Of a DNA stretch of 64,000 nucleotides, positions 29,380-39,794 are shown piece after piece. The position numbers and the translations under genes are program-made. Position 1 is the stretch's first letter. The number at the start of each line of letters is the position of its first letter. The DNA comes from Naegleria gruberi (Eukaryota). The stretch lies in the NCBI GenBank assembly GCA_000004985.1, contig GG738859.1; one strand, 5' to 3'. Under the pieces are notes generated by a model. The model was not told where the DNA came from, made no database searches, and saw only the letters and a program-made list of their open reading frames with translations.

Positions 29380-31317
29380 TTAATCAGCTTTATTTTTCAT
29401 TATTTGTCCATTCATTGTTAAACATTTGGCACGTATTGGTGAAATTGTTTTAGAGATGGATTGTTGAGAGAGTTTAGAATTGGAGGTTTGGGAAATTTCC
29501 ATCTTGATTTCCAAACAACCAAGAATTAAGGCATTGTACATGAACGTTTTCTTATCCTTTTGAGAGGTATTTACAAGGTTGGAAAGGAAGAAATCTCTAG
29601 TATTGGCATCACCAAAATACATACAACCACATTCTGAAAGCTTAGTAAGAGTGTTAGTAATCTTGGTAATTTTCATAATCTTCAATCCCCAAGTGTTATC
29701 AATTACGTCCATACTAGAGTTATCGTAACCTTCAGATTTTACACAGACAACATATTCACTCCTTTGAGAATCATAAAAGTTTGTAGCAAGCATATTGAGC
29801 TCCTTTCCATTAGAACCACTGAATCTGCTGAATAATGAAGAACCACTACTACTTGGAACATTTAGAATTTCATCGTAACAATAAAACTGACGATTTCCTC
29901 CATGTACATTAAAGTGAGGGTCTAACAAATCAGTTCCAAGTTGATTGTCCTTACTCTTCTTTTTCTTTGAAATAATAAAGTGGTTCTTTTCCAACATTTG
30001 GAATACTTCATGATGAGTGAATGGAAGATAACTGTGATATTTCCAGATTGAGGTCTTATCTAGTGGGAGATCATGATGAATTTTTCTATTTACATTCTTG
30101 GAGATCATTGAAAATGTGAATGTCCCTCCATTTCTTGACAAGTAATCCTTGTGTACATGGTTTGGAATACACTTGTTGGAATTGATTGCCTCCATATTTG
30201 AAGGAATGGTATATACAATATCCCAATCCGGTGAATCAGCCATTAATGAGTTCATATAGTTCATGTGTTCTTCAGAGAGGAAGAGTGATGATTTCATTTC
30301 AGCAAGAGATTTGAATAATGATTCTCTTTCAGACCTTACTGGTATAGCCAACATGTTGAGAAATTCTGAAACGTTTCTATTCGATAAGAGGAAGATATTA
30401 TCCTTGGATTTTCTTCTATGTGATCTATTTTCAAAGTGGTGGTGATGATTGAAACTGACTCCACTTGTTGAAGTAGCTGTACTGTTAGTATCAGCTGATT
30501 CTTCCTCATCATCTTCATCTGAATTGTGATTGGTAATAGCAAATGAATTTCCTTCCCGTTCTCCATCCAATTTCGAAGTATCTTTGAGTGTTGAATATTC
30601 CGTATCAGTATGTCTTGAACTTAGTGATGATTCGTCTGAAAGTTTAATGTCTAGAATGGCATTAGAATCTGTACTTCCAATAAATGTCGAATCATCTATA
30701 CTCGATTGAGTTGCAGAATATGAATTAGCAGGTGAGTGTGCTGCAGCTCTTCCCAAAATCAAATTATTAAAATGGTCAGAATGAATGCTCAACGTTGTTG
30801 AACTCTCAGTATTTCTAGGAGATGTCAAATAAGAATTACTCTTCTTAATACTCCTCAATCGATTGATAATGTGCAATTTGAAAGCATCAGTTCTAATAAA
30901 CCTTGGAAAGGCATCATGTTTCAAAAAGCATTCAATCTCCCACTTCTTCTCAGCATATAACAAGTTATCATAATAAGATGGATTATGTTTCATTTGCAAA
31001 TACAATGAGAGAAGAGGAATATATCTACCATCACTATCACTTTCCAGAAAGTGTTTAAACAAGGACAATATCGTTTGTTGAGCATAAACTGAGGATGAAT
31101 CATTGGCCTCCATCGTCGATGCACTCAAACAACTCTCCATATCAAATGAGTAGTGTTTGAAAATTGATCGTTCCTCCTTCGTTACCTTCTTTCCAGTATG
31201 ATGAGAAATATTAGCCTCTCCTCCCTGTTGTTGCTGTATCTGATTCATTTTCAGTGAGAGTACTTGTTGGTGATTAATACCATTCACTGATGATGCACTT
31301 GATGCTGTAGAGGTCAT
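29380..31317 (-). CDS. RGS-domain protein with a START/Bet-v1-like C-terminal half (paralog of the 34249..36174 gene)
   Basis: RGS-like helix pattern near the N-terminus: ..SLFKHFLESDSDGRYIPLLSLYLQMKHNPSYYDNLLYAEKKWEIECFLKHDAFPRFIRTDAFK.. Acidic/Ser-rich linker. C-terminal region ..SEYVVCVKSEGYD..WGLKIMKITKITNTLTKLSECGCMYFGD.. has alternating beta-like segments. ATG at 31317. Confidence 0.5.
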   Translation of the reverse strand: MTSTASSASSVNGINHQQVLSLKMNQIQQQQGGEANISHHTGKKVTKEERSIFKHYSFDMESCLSASTMEANDSSSVYAQQTILSLFKHFLESDSDGRYIPLLSLYLQMKHNPSYYDNLLYAEKKWEIECFLKHDAFPRFIRTDAFKLHIINRLRSIKKSNSYLTSPRNTESSTTLSIHSDHFNNLILGRAAAHSPANSYSATQSSIDDSTFIGSTDSNAILDIKLSDESSLSSRHTDTEYSTLKDTSKLDGEREGNSFAITNHNSDEDDEEESADTNSTATSTSGVSFNHHHHFENRSHRRKSKDNIFLLSNRNVSEFLNMLAIPVRSERESLFKSLAEMKSSLFLSEEHMNYMNSLMADSPDWDIVYTIPSNMEAINSNKCIPNHVHKDYLSRNGGTFTFSMISKNVNRKIHHDLPLDKTSIWKYHSYLPFTHHEVFQMLEKNHFIISKKKKSKDNQLGTDLLDPHFNVHGGNRQFYCYDEILNVPSSSGSSLFSRFSGSNGKELNMLATNFYDSQRSEYVVCVKSEGYDNSSMDVIDNTWGLKIMKITKITNTLTKLSECGCMYFGDANTRDFFLSNLVNTSQKDKKTFMYNALILGCLEIKMEISQTSNSKLSQQSISKTISPIRAKCLTMNGQIMKNKAD

Positions 31318-31961
31318 TTTGCTATTGGAGTAATTTTCAAAGGCTTTGTTTTCGCGGTTTTTTTTTAATATTTTGTTAGTAGATGTTGAATTTGTCTCTT
31401 TAAAGCTGTTAGATAACTTGGAGTTTTGTTAATAATGCAGCATGAATGGTGTTGAAATACTTCATGAGCATGAAATGTTTCGTGTAGTCCAATTATGTCC
31501 ATAGAAAGACAAGTCTTGATTGAAATGGATAAGGTGAAAGCATCATGAACAGCAAGTGAATCGCTCGAATAATTAAAATAGAAAGTATCGAATTGGTTTA
31601 ATACCTATCTCTAGAGAGGGAGAGAAGCAGAACTACAGTTATTCGGCAGAGAGAAACTATTCGAAAGTTGTCAAGTACTATTTAAGAGTTGATGTAAATT
31701 CTTTCTGAAGTGTCTTATCCATTGTCCTTAAATTCAATTATTGGTTCGCACCTTATTCGAACAGTAACAATTTCGAATTAATCCTTCGACAAAGATCATA
31801 AAAAGTCTATGTGAACGATTGGTAGAGCTTGGTTGATGAGAAAACTAAGGAAAGGTTGGTGACAAACAATAATGCACAACTGTAGAGTAGAACATGTTCA
31901 GTAAGAGAGATAGAGTTTAACAAAGAAGAAATTTGACAAATTCTAGAAAACCGTGACCAAT

Positions 31962-33017
31962 TTATTGCTCTGGTTTGTTATACAACAAACACGAAAGAGA
32001 AGGCAATACATTTGCTGGTTGTGGCTTGGCATACAAGTCAAGTGTTGATCTTTCTGGAGGAGTTGTCAATAATGCAGAAAGAGGTGGCAATGTTTCAAAT
32101 GGCTTTTCAAAGATTCCTCCAAATGGAGGAGGAGCAATTCTTGAAACACATTGTTGGATTGGACTTGGAACCTTTGTTGGTTCTGGGAATTGCTTTTGAG
32201 AACAAGTTGAATTTGAGAGTGGTGAATGACAATAGGGACCGATATTATCATAACATGGTCTTCCGCTTACACCATCAAACCTTTGCTCTGGTGATGATAC
32301 TCTTGAATAGTTTGGAGGAGAATAAGGACCATTATATGGAGTAGGATCAACAGGAGGAGATGTTATCATATTATTCTGAGTTGAACATCTCTGATATTGA
32401 TGTGTGTAAGGCACAAAACCTCTTGGTGCATTGTTATCAACGTTGGAATGTTGATAACTTGGTTGAATGACATTGTGGTAACTTTGAGAACCAGCATTGT
32501 AGACATTAGTAGCATAGTGTTGTTGAGACAAGACAGAAGGCTGTTGCGGAGGTGTTTGAATAGGTTGGAAAACGACACTGGATTGTTCCATGATGGGTTT
32601 AGATAACAATACATTGGAAACATCCACCATTTGCTTCTTTCTCTTCTTCTTTGTAATTCCTCTTTGTGGATCAACCTTGTTCTTCTTTGGCTCTTCCTTC
32701 TTCAAGAACCAATGTGAAAGATGGTGTTCGCCAACCTTTCTTGATTGTACAGAAGTACTGTTCTTGCCCAATGATCCACTAGCTTCAGAGTCTAGTAAAC
32801 AATTTGATCCACCAACTTGATTGTTGGATGATCCACTACTATTGTTATCATCAACCACTTTTTGCTTTCTTTCCTTCTTTTGGGGAGTTGCAGCACTAAC
32901 ACTGTTTTCAATGCTCGAAAAGATTTTAACCTTCGGATCCTTTACAAAGAAATTAAAGGATTTTGTTGATTGATATTCGTCAGTTGTGCTTAATTGTTGT
33001 GCTGTACCACCACTCAT
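31962..33017 (-). CDS. Hypothetical Pro/Gln/Ser-rich protein with a basic KKKRKK patch (possible nuclear protein)
   Basis: ATG at 33017. ..RGITKKKRKKQMVD.. resembles a nuclear localisation signal. Long P/Q/S/Y-rich low-complexity C-terminal half. No domain recognised. Confidence 0.35.
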   Translation of the reverse strand: MSGGTAQQLSTTDEYQSTKSFNFFVKDPKVKIFSSIENSVSAATPQKKERKQKVVDDNNSSGSSNNQVGGSNCLLDSEASGSLGKNSTSVQSRKVGEHHLSHWFLKKEEPKKNKVDPQRGITKKKRKKQMVDVSNVLLSKPIMEQSSVVFQPIQTPPQQPSVLSQQHYATNVYNAGSQSYHNVIQPSYQHSNVDNNAPRGFVPYTHQYQRCSTQNNMITSPPVDPTPYNGPYSPPNYSRVSSPEQRFDGVSGRPCYDNIGPYCHSPLSNSTCSQKQFPEPTKVPSPIQQCVSRIAPPPFGGIFEKPFETLPPLSALLTTPPERSTLDLYAKPQPANVLPSLSCLLYNKPEQ

Positions 33018-34248
33018 TTAGATGACAATAAATTTGGAGGTTTATCTTTGCAATACCAGAGAGTCTTCTCAGAATAATAATGATAATACAATATGAATAG
33101 TTTGAATAATTCAATTGTTGTTGTTGTTATGTGTTATACAAGTAGGATTAAATTTCTATACCGCAAGCAAAAATACTCAACGCGCAATGCTGAATTGCTT
33201 CTTGAATATCAGATATTAGGTACAGAGGTTTAAAAATATTTTTTTTTAAATAATATCAGATGCAGAAAAGAGCGAAGATGGTGGCGATGAATGTATTCAA
33301 TTATCGGAGATGGTAGCCATAAAAGAACGATGAGTAACGACTTGGTTAAAAATGCGAACCTTTAACGCCATTTTTAAATTGTCATTTCTTCGCTTATGCA
33401 TCAACAAAACCAACTAAGGCACCACTACCTTAGATGAACCTCTCAGTAAACAGCCTTATAGTTTACAAAATGATGAAGGATTCTCTTTAGGGGTTATTAA
33501 ACCGAACTCTATCACCAAACAGCTATATATCTAAAAAAGTCAATTGGCTGTTAATGCAGATAAAGGTCTAAAAGGAATTGTTAATTAAAATGTTGAACTT
33601 TACAAAAAAACCAAACATGACTGTGTTCAAACAGTGTGCATGGCTTTATTTGTTTTCGTTCACTTTCCAACAAAACTTTGTTATTTCATGAAAACCGACA
33701 CAATCAAAAACACATACGTATTTAAAAGGAATCTTTGTTAATAGATTCGAAATATGGCTGTCATCCAAATGGAATCTCTAACTACAGTAGAATGGATACT
33801 ATTACTTTAACCGCGCCCAAACTACAATTAAATTATTAAACTCGTCCTTAAAGAACAGATTCGTTATTGATTCATTTATTATAATGTTTTATCTGTTTTA
33901 GATATGCTATTTTCCTTAGGGGTGTCTCCGAAGCGAAATCACAAACGTCTTGACCGATATGTCTATAATTTTTAAAATTGTTTAGCAAGACAACCAAAAT
34001 CACAGTGAGGCGGATTTTAAAACTTTTCAAAAAAAACCATCGAAACTCTTCTCTCAACTCAGAAGGCAGACAACCACAACTTTCAACAGCTATTTGTTGC
34101 CCGACTCAAAGTGGATAAATTCAAAGTCTAAGATCTGAAAGGTTCATCATCACCATCATTATCAAAACACTGAATTATATTGTTTGCATTGGAGTTTAAA
34201 CATTGGATATTTAAATATTATTGATACTATTATCAAAGAAACACTGAG

Positions 34249-36174
34249 ATGAAACCCTTGTCGTCTTCCTCAACTTGTACAACAACAAGAAAACCATTAC
34301 GGGAGGTGGTTTTTATGGATGAAAGTAAATTACCATCATTGGATTTGCCATCTATCGTGATGATCGGAGGAGATTCATCTTCCATTGATGGAGTTTCTTC
34401 ATCATCCAATTCTTCATCACCTAATCAACCAATGATTGTATTGAGTCATACGGATAATCGTCATCAGAGAATTACCTCTATGCAATTTAATTCAATGAAG
34501 GCTATTCAGGAGCATATGGGTATTTTAGAAGATGATGGAGAGGATGAAGATTCGAATACAGATTCATCAACTAATAGTAGTATTACTAGTAGTCAGGGAC
34601 AAACCGCAATTAGTACAAAATCAAATAATATTCATTCAACATCATCTCCGAGTAGATATGAAAGCAGTCTTTCACCACCATCCTCACCACAAACATCATC
34701 CTCACCTAAAATGTCATCTCCACTGACAGGTTTATTAAAATTGGCATTGAGAAAGAAGAATTCAAAATCTACCTCACCATCCACTTCAAGTGATAATGTT
34801 TCCAATTCTTCGTCAATGAGTACGAGCACATCATTATCAGAAAAGAAAAAGAAAAAGAAGGAGAATCATCACAAAATTGATCTCAATGACTATCTCTTTA
34901 CATACGAGAAGGTCATTAGTAATGGAGAAACAAGTCAACTCTTTCTCAAGTTTTTGACAATGAAGAAAACTTCTGAAAGCTTACTTTTCGTACTGAAATT
35001 TAGAGAACTGAAATCAGCATTTAAGTCAATAAGCGATCAAGCCAGTGACAAGCAGGAACAATATAGAAATACTCTGAAAACAATCGAGGAATTATACAAG
35101 TGCTTCTTTGCATTTGATTCTTCTATGGAATTGAATTTACCACTCAATTTACATGAGCCAACCACAAAGATAATGGAAGAATACGAATCCAAGAGAGAAA
35201 AACTTGCAGATGATGAAATTGTTTCAATCATTTCTAATATTTTGAGCGAGTTTAAAAAAATCGAGAGCTATTTAAATTTGAATTTGAAAGAGTGTCAATT
35301 TTTGGAATTTTTGGAATGGGAAAAGTTTAGAAAATTTATTACCAATAAGGGGTCGATACATTTAGCAGAGATTGCAGAAATGAAACCTTTCTCTCATACA
35401 TCATTTGTTGAAAGTTTAGTGACAGAAATGAGCAAACCAAGAATTACTGTCAAACAAGCAAAACAGATCAAACATCTAGTGGTAAAGAACACATCTATAT
35501 GGACACCAATTATAACAGAATCCAATTATATAGTGTCATTATCCAACAATCAATACTTACTAGGCGAGGAAGAGTCAAACTCTTCTAATAAGGGTGTTTA
35601 TTTTTTCAAGTATGAGATTACATTCCCATATCCAAAACAAGCTGTCATCAACACACTTCTCAGCTCAAAGCTCAGATTCAAGTTTGATAAGAATACTAAA
35701 ATGCTTTCAAAGATTGATTATTTCCCTAAAGAAGATAACGAAAATCTGGCAACTTGCATCTCACAAGAGGTTTATGATTTTCCTTTCCCTTTCCAATCAA
35801 GAGAAATGGTTCTTGCCTGTGCTGTATTCAATGATTTGACCGATAATTCAACCATGTTATGTCTGAGGTCGTGTGAAAGTGATAAAGCTGTCAAGCTCAA
35901 AAAAACTGTCAAGGCAAAGAATGTTGGCTGTTGGATTTTCCAAGATTTGAATGGAACTCACACTAGATATATACAATTCGTTGGAGCTGATTTCAAAGGT
36001 TTTCTACCACCAAAACTAGTTAAATCAAACGTTGCTAAACGTGCCAAGTATTACTATGCAGATAGTTTGAAAATGTTCGAACATCCAGAAGACGATTTCA
36101 AGGAGCCACAGGATGATCCTCTTTATTCTGGTTTTATGGATACACTCAAGGAAAATGGTGGGTTATCTATTTGA
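34249..36174 (+). CDS. RGS-domain protein with a START/Bet-v1-like C-terminal half (paralog of the 29380..31317 gene)
   Basis: After a Ser-rich N-terminus: DLNDYLFTYEKVISNGETSQLFLKFLTMKKTSESLLFVLKFRELK..EELYKCFFAF (RGS-like). C-terminus ..FPFQSREMVLACAVFNDLTDNSTMLCLRSCESDKAVKLKKTVKAKNVGCWIFQDLNGTHTRYIQFVGADFKGFLPPKLVKSNVAKRA.. is START-like. ATG at 34249. Confidence 0.5.
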   Translation: MKPLSSSSTCTTTRKPLREVVFMDESKLPSLDLPSIVMIGGDSSSIDGVSSSSNSSSPNQPMIVLSHTDNRHQRITSMQFNSMKAIQEHMGILEDDGEDEDSNTDSSTNSSITSSQGQTAISTKSNNIHSTSSPSRYESSLSPPSSPQTSSSPKMSSPLTGLLKLALRKKNSKSTSPSTSSDNVSNSSSMSTSTSLSEKKKKKKENHHKIDLNDYLFTYEKVISNGETSQLFLKFLTMKKTSESLLFVLKFRELKSAFKSISDQASDKQEQYRNTLKTIEELYKCFFAFDSSMELNLPLNLHEPTTKIMEEYESKREKLADDEIVSIISNILSEFKKIESYLNLNLKECQFLEFLEWEKFRKFITNKGSIHLAEIAEMKPFSHTSFVESLVTEMSKPRITVKQAKQIKHLVVKNTSIWTPIITESNYIVSLSNNQYLLGEEESNSSNKGVYFFKYEITFPYPKQAVINTLLSSKLRFKFDKNTKMLSKIDYFPKEDNENLATCISQEVYDFPFPFQSREMVLACAVFNDLTDNSTMLCLRSCESDKAVKLKKTVKAKNVGCWIFQDLNGTHTRYIQFVGADFKGFLPPKLVKSNVAKRAKYYYADSLKMFEHPEDDFKEPQDDPLYSGFMDTLKENGGLSI

Positions 36175-36768
36175 AAATATTTTAAATAGTGCTGAAATAG
36201 CACAAATGAATAGCATTATATCAAGGATTGTTAAACGAGTTGTAGTTGATAGGAGAATGTTTCATTTCTCAAGAGTATTAAAGAATTCTGCCCATCAGTT
36301 GCATCAATTTGTTCTTCATCTTTCTCACCTCTAGCTAGAGAACATCATTTGAAATTGTCACTCTTAAAATTTCAAATATTTAACAGTTTCTTCATTTGAG
36401 TTTTACAGGGTTACTATTGTTCCTTTCATTTTTAAATAAATCTTAATTATTCCTTTTACAATTAGAAAAGGTTCACTCATATTTGAAATAGATCTATTCG
36501 AATGTGAAAATTAACCATTAATTTAAATAATTATCTCTAATTTACAATGAAACAAATTTTGGATAATGTTTACATTTCGGCTCAATGCTCATCTAGACTT
36601 GGAATAGAGAGGTAATAAAAGAAATCTTCGTGGCCTTTTTCTTCGTTTCTTTACCAGCATCATCTGTCAATCACCATTTAAAAAAAATTCCCTTGCTAGA
36701 GGACACAAAAACTCGAGTACTTGCCAACTCCTTTCCACTACACACCCTCAGCTACTTCTAGACTTTAA

Positions 36769-37743
36769 ATGACTGATCAATCTGTTGACGATTTTGAACT
36801 TTCTGATGATAATTCTTTAAAGATTATTGTTGTTGGTAGGTTTGTGAATGATGAAATATTTGTATTCAAATAACAACCAATAACTAATAACAAAATATTT
36901 AAAAATTAGGTGATGCGAGTGTTGGTAAAACATGCATGTTAATTTCATACAGGTAAGATATTTGGAATTTTTCATATTTAAATTCTTGATTATCCACCAC
37001 ACTTCAACATTATAATGAATGACATGTGTCATCATTGTGCTTTTTAACAACAAATATCATCAACAGTAATAACGAATTTCCAACAGAGTATAACCCTACA
37101 GTATTTGGTTAGTAGTCATTCAAATAATTATAATATTCATAATTCTTTTCTAATTCAATAACAACTTTGATGAATTTTTGAATATACAGACAATTATACA
37201 GCTAACGTAGTTTACAAGGAAAAAACTGTCACATTGGGATTATGGGATACTGCTGGTACTGACGAAGTAAGTAAACATGGTGATGTTCCGTGCCTTTTAA
37301 CATTTGAATAGTATGATCAATTGAGACCGTTATCTTATCCCGACACTCACATTTTTGTTATTGTATTTGATTTAACTAATAAGGATTCACTTGAATCAGT
37401 TACGAAGAAGTGGGTTCCTGAAATTAAAGAACACACTAAAGATAGACCAGGTGGTGTACCATTCATCATTGTTGGAAACAAATTGGACTTGAGAAATGAC
37501 CCAAAGGAAAAGGATAAATGTGTTCCAAGGTGAGTTGATTTTCAATTACAATAATCTAATTGAGATTGTAGATCTGATGGTGAAAAAGTTAAAACAAAGA
37601 CTGGAGCTGCTCGTCTCTTAGAATGTAGTGCCAAGACTCAAGAAGGACTGAAAGATGTATTTGAACAATGCATAGAAGTTGTCATAGAAAACTACATGAA
37701 AAAGAAGAAGGGAGGAAAGAAGGATAAATGTACACTCCAATAA
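36769..37743 (+). CDS. Rho/Rac-family small GTPase with a polybasic tail and CaaX box. Six exons: 36769..36835, 36910..36952, 37067..37107, 37190..37266, 37312..37529, 37572..37743.
   Basis: Spliced product: MTDQSVDDFELSDDNSLKIIVVGDASVGKTCMLISYSNNEFPTEYNPTVFDNYTANVVYKEKTVTLGLWDTAGTDEYDQLRPLSYPDTHIFVIVFDLTNKDSLESVTKKWVPEIKEHTKDRPGGVPFIIVGNKLDLRND...LECSAKTQEGLKDVFEQCIEVVIENYMKKKKGGKKDKCTLQ*. Carries the G1-G5 motifs, the Rho insert context and a C-terminal CTLQ. Introns are 74, 114, 82, 45 and 42 nt (GTAGGT, GTAAGA, GTTAGT, GTAAGT, GTGAGT donors). All phases verified by hand. Confidence 0.8.
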
Positions 37744-37800
37744 CTCATATTTTTGTAATTTGATTTTACCAATCTTTTTACAGGGAGGTAAAATATTGTA

Positions 37801-39525
37801 TTAATGTAACTGTTGCATACGCTTTTTTAACATTATAACCTGTTCACTCGTTGATAAATTCAGTGAGGTATCGAAATCATTAATTATGGAATTATTTGTT
37901 GGTTTAACATTATCTACACTTCTTACATCTCCTTGCTGTTTCAACAAATTGATTTGGGATCTCATATAATCAAACATTTTACATTCTGATTGATGGGTAA
38001 GTGTACGAATTCTTTCGTCCATCAATCGATAATTTTCTTTTGCAACTCGTTGTTCAATCTTGGTCAGGGAATTCTTAATTTTAGTTCCAACCTTTTCATA
38101 GAATTTAGTTTTAAATTCCTCAACTTCTTTTTTCACAACTGTTTCAATATTGCCTTCCAAGAATGCCACCTTTTTTCTTAATTCTTCAATTTCCTTTTCC
38201 ATAGATTCCATCTTCTTATCGTTGGTATTTACATCTTTGAATCCACCTAGGGATGTTCTCGTTCTAGTTGGCCTGTTAATCTCATTGACTTTTTCAGACA
38301 GCTCCTCCAAGTTCTTTCTTGTTTTATGAACTGCAGCATCTTTGAGTTTAGCTCTTTGTCGTCTCTCTTCGAGGATTAGATTTTCCTTATTAACTTGTTG
38401 ATCTTTCTTTGCTATTGTAGCCGAAGCAGGTCTAGTAGTGGCGGTTCCTAGAGACTTTTTCTTTTCCTCAACCTGGGCACGGGTGGTAGTAATGATTGCG
38501 GATTGAATTTGATTAGAGACATCTTTGAGAGGGGAGGTTTTCGTTGATGGTTGTGATTCCCTCTTGGTAACCACTTCTTTCTTTGGAGAGATGAGGTGTG
38601 GCTTTTCAATCTCTGATTTTTTAAAGTTTGGAAGGGATGCAGCTAGAGGGTTGCTTCTTGCTGTGGATGATTTCTTAAATGTTGGAATAGATACAAGGGG
38701 AGAACTAGAGATTTCTTTAAGTGAAACATTACTGTAATTTAGCATTACTGTTCCATTATTATAATTATCAAAATTAAATAAACCTGATTCATTGGAACTG
38801 ATATTAAACATGAGGTCGTCATATTTGGCGCTTAATTCTTTGGATAATTCGTCTGTTGTGAAAGAAGCTGGGTTAAATGATGGCATTTCAATTGTACAAG
38901 CCTTTGCACTTTTAATGGGTGAGAATGAAGTTGGAGATTTGGTTGGCGATTCTCTGAGGCAGTCATTAATGGATCTGATTTCAGTATTTTCAGGTACTGA
39001 GGATGGCATATCTCTGAGAATGAATATCTTATTAAGGTAAACTCGATTTCCTCCAAAAGTTTCACTAACCGAGAATTTAAAGAAGGAAAAATCTGCTGGT
39101 ATTGATTGAATAGAAAAAAGATGAAGTGAAGTATTTTCCTCAGCTCTTAGACTTGACCAATGAATAAAAGGACCATCCCTACTTCGTGAAATGAAGAGTT
39201 TAATTTTCTTTGGATTGAAAACATATCTCTTCTTGCAATACCATCCAACACACGAGACTGGATACGAGTGCAAAGGCACTTGAATTGTACAGTCTTGTGG
39301 AAGTCCAACATCGGTGATCCAAATTTCATCCTCTTCATCATCGGCCAATATACTGTTACATGGGTAGTCCTCCTGTTCTGTTGTTCGGGAAACAATGCAA
39401 GCACCCTTAATTTTTGAGCAGAGGTTAGTCTCGTGCTTGAACATTTTTTTTAAATTTCTGATAAACTGATTTTTGTATTTTTTTGGCGGGCTCATTAAGG
39501 GCGCAAATTTTCCTTCAATGCTCAC
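37801..39525 (-). CDS. Hypothetical protein: N-terminal beta-rich globular domain, Ser/Thr/Pro-rich linker and a C-terminal coiled coil of about 170 aa. The 5' end is unresolved.
   Basis: The ORF-track start at 39525 is a GTG that sits immediately after a TTTTCAG acceptor, so the first exon is probably missing. The first in-frame ATG is at 39495 (MSPPKKYKNQ..). A candidate 35-nt 5' exon lies at 39564..39598 (ATGaggaat...ctaag|GTAAAA). It only keeps frame with the weaker acceptor gtgtgag|c, giving a 43-nt intron. The gene is transcribed divergently from the kinesin-13 gene, 270 bp away. Confidence 0.45.
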   Translation of the reverse strand: MSIEGKFAPLMSPPKKYKNQFIRNLKKMFKHETNLCSKIKGACIVSRTTEQEDYPCNSILADDEEDEIWITDVGLPQDCTIQVPLHSYPVSCVGWYCKKRYVFNPKKIKLFISRSRDGPFIHWSSLRAEENTSLHLFSIQSIPADFSFFKFSVSETFGGNRVYLNKIFILRDMPSSVPENTEIRSINDCLRESPTKSPTSFSPIKSAKACTIEMPSFNPASFTTDELSKELSAKYDDLMFNISSNESGLFNFDNYNNGTVMLNYSNVSLKEISSSPLVSIPTFKKSSTARSNPLAASLPNFKKSEIEKPHLISPKKEVVTKRESQPSTKTSPLKDVSNQIQSAIITTTRAQVEEKKKSLGTATTRPASATIAKKDQQVNKENLILEERRQRAKLKDAAVHKTRKNLEELSEKVNEINRPTRTRTSLGGFKDVNTNDKKMESMEKEIEELRKKVAFLEGNIETVVKKEVEEFKTKFYEKVGTKIKNSLTKIEQRVAKENYRLMDERIRTLTHQSECKMFDYMRSQINLLKQQGDVRSVDNVKPTNNSIINDFDTSLNLSTSEQVIMLKKRMQQLH

Positions 39526-39794
39526 ACCCTGAAAACCAAAACTATGAACAATGTTAATTTTACCTTAGATTATAATGATTGTTGAATAAATTCCTCATTA
39601 ATATATTAAATAAATGGCCACTATATTTTATCAGTCATGATAACTGAAGCTAACTGCTGAAACATGATACAATTTTGTATGCTTGAATAGTTTCCCGCCA
39701 AATTGTAATTACTTGGCGCCTTCCACCAATACAAACTTTAAAAAAAAGCAAAAAATACCATCATCAAGGAACCACCAACAGAGAAACCGCAAAA

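Noticed and set aside
24560-34135. Shared 13-14-mer AATTCAAAGTCTA upstream of two genes (about 24568 and about 34118), considered as a promoter motif.
   Set aside because: Among all position pairs in a 64-kb AT-rich sequence, hundreds of 14-mer coincidences are expected. It does not recur at other promoters.
33018-34248. The 1.2-kb gap scanned for tRNA genes by looking for GTTCGAATC-like T-loops and for transposon ends.
   Set aside because: No convincing cloverleaf, terminal inverted repeats or target-site duplications could be identified by eye. It is left as unannotated intergenic sequence with possible ncRNA, noted in the findings only generically.
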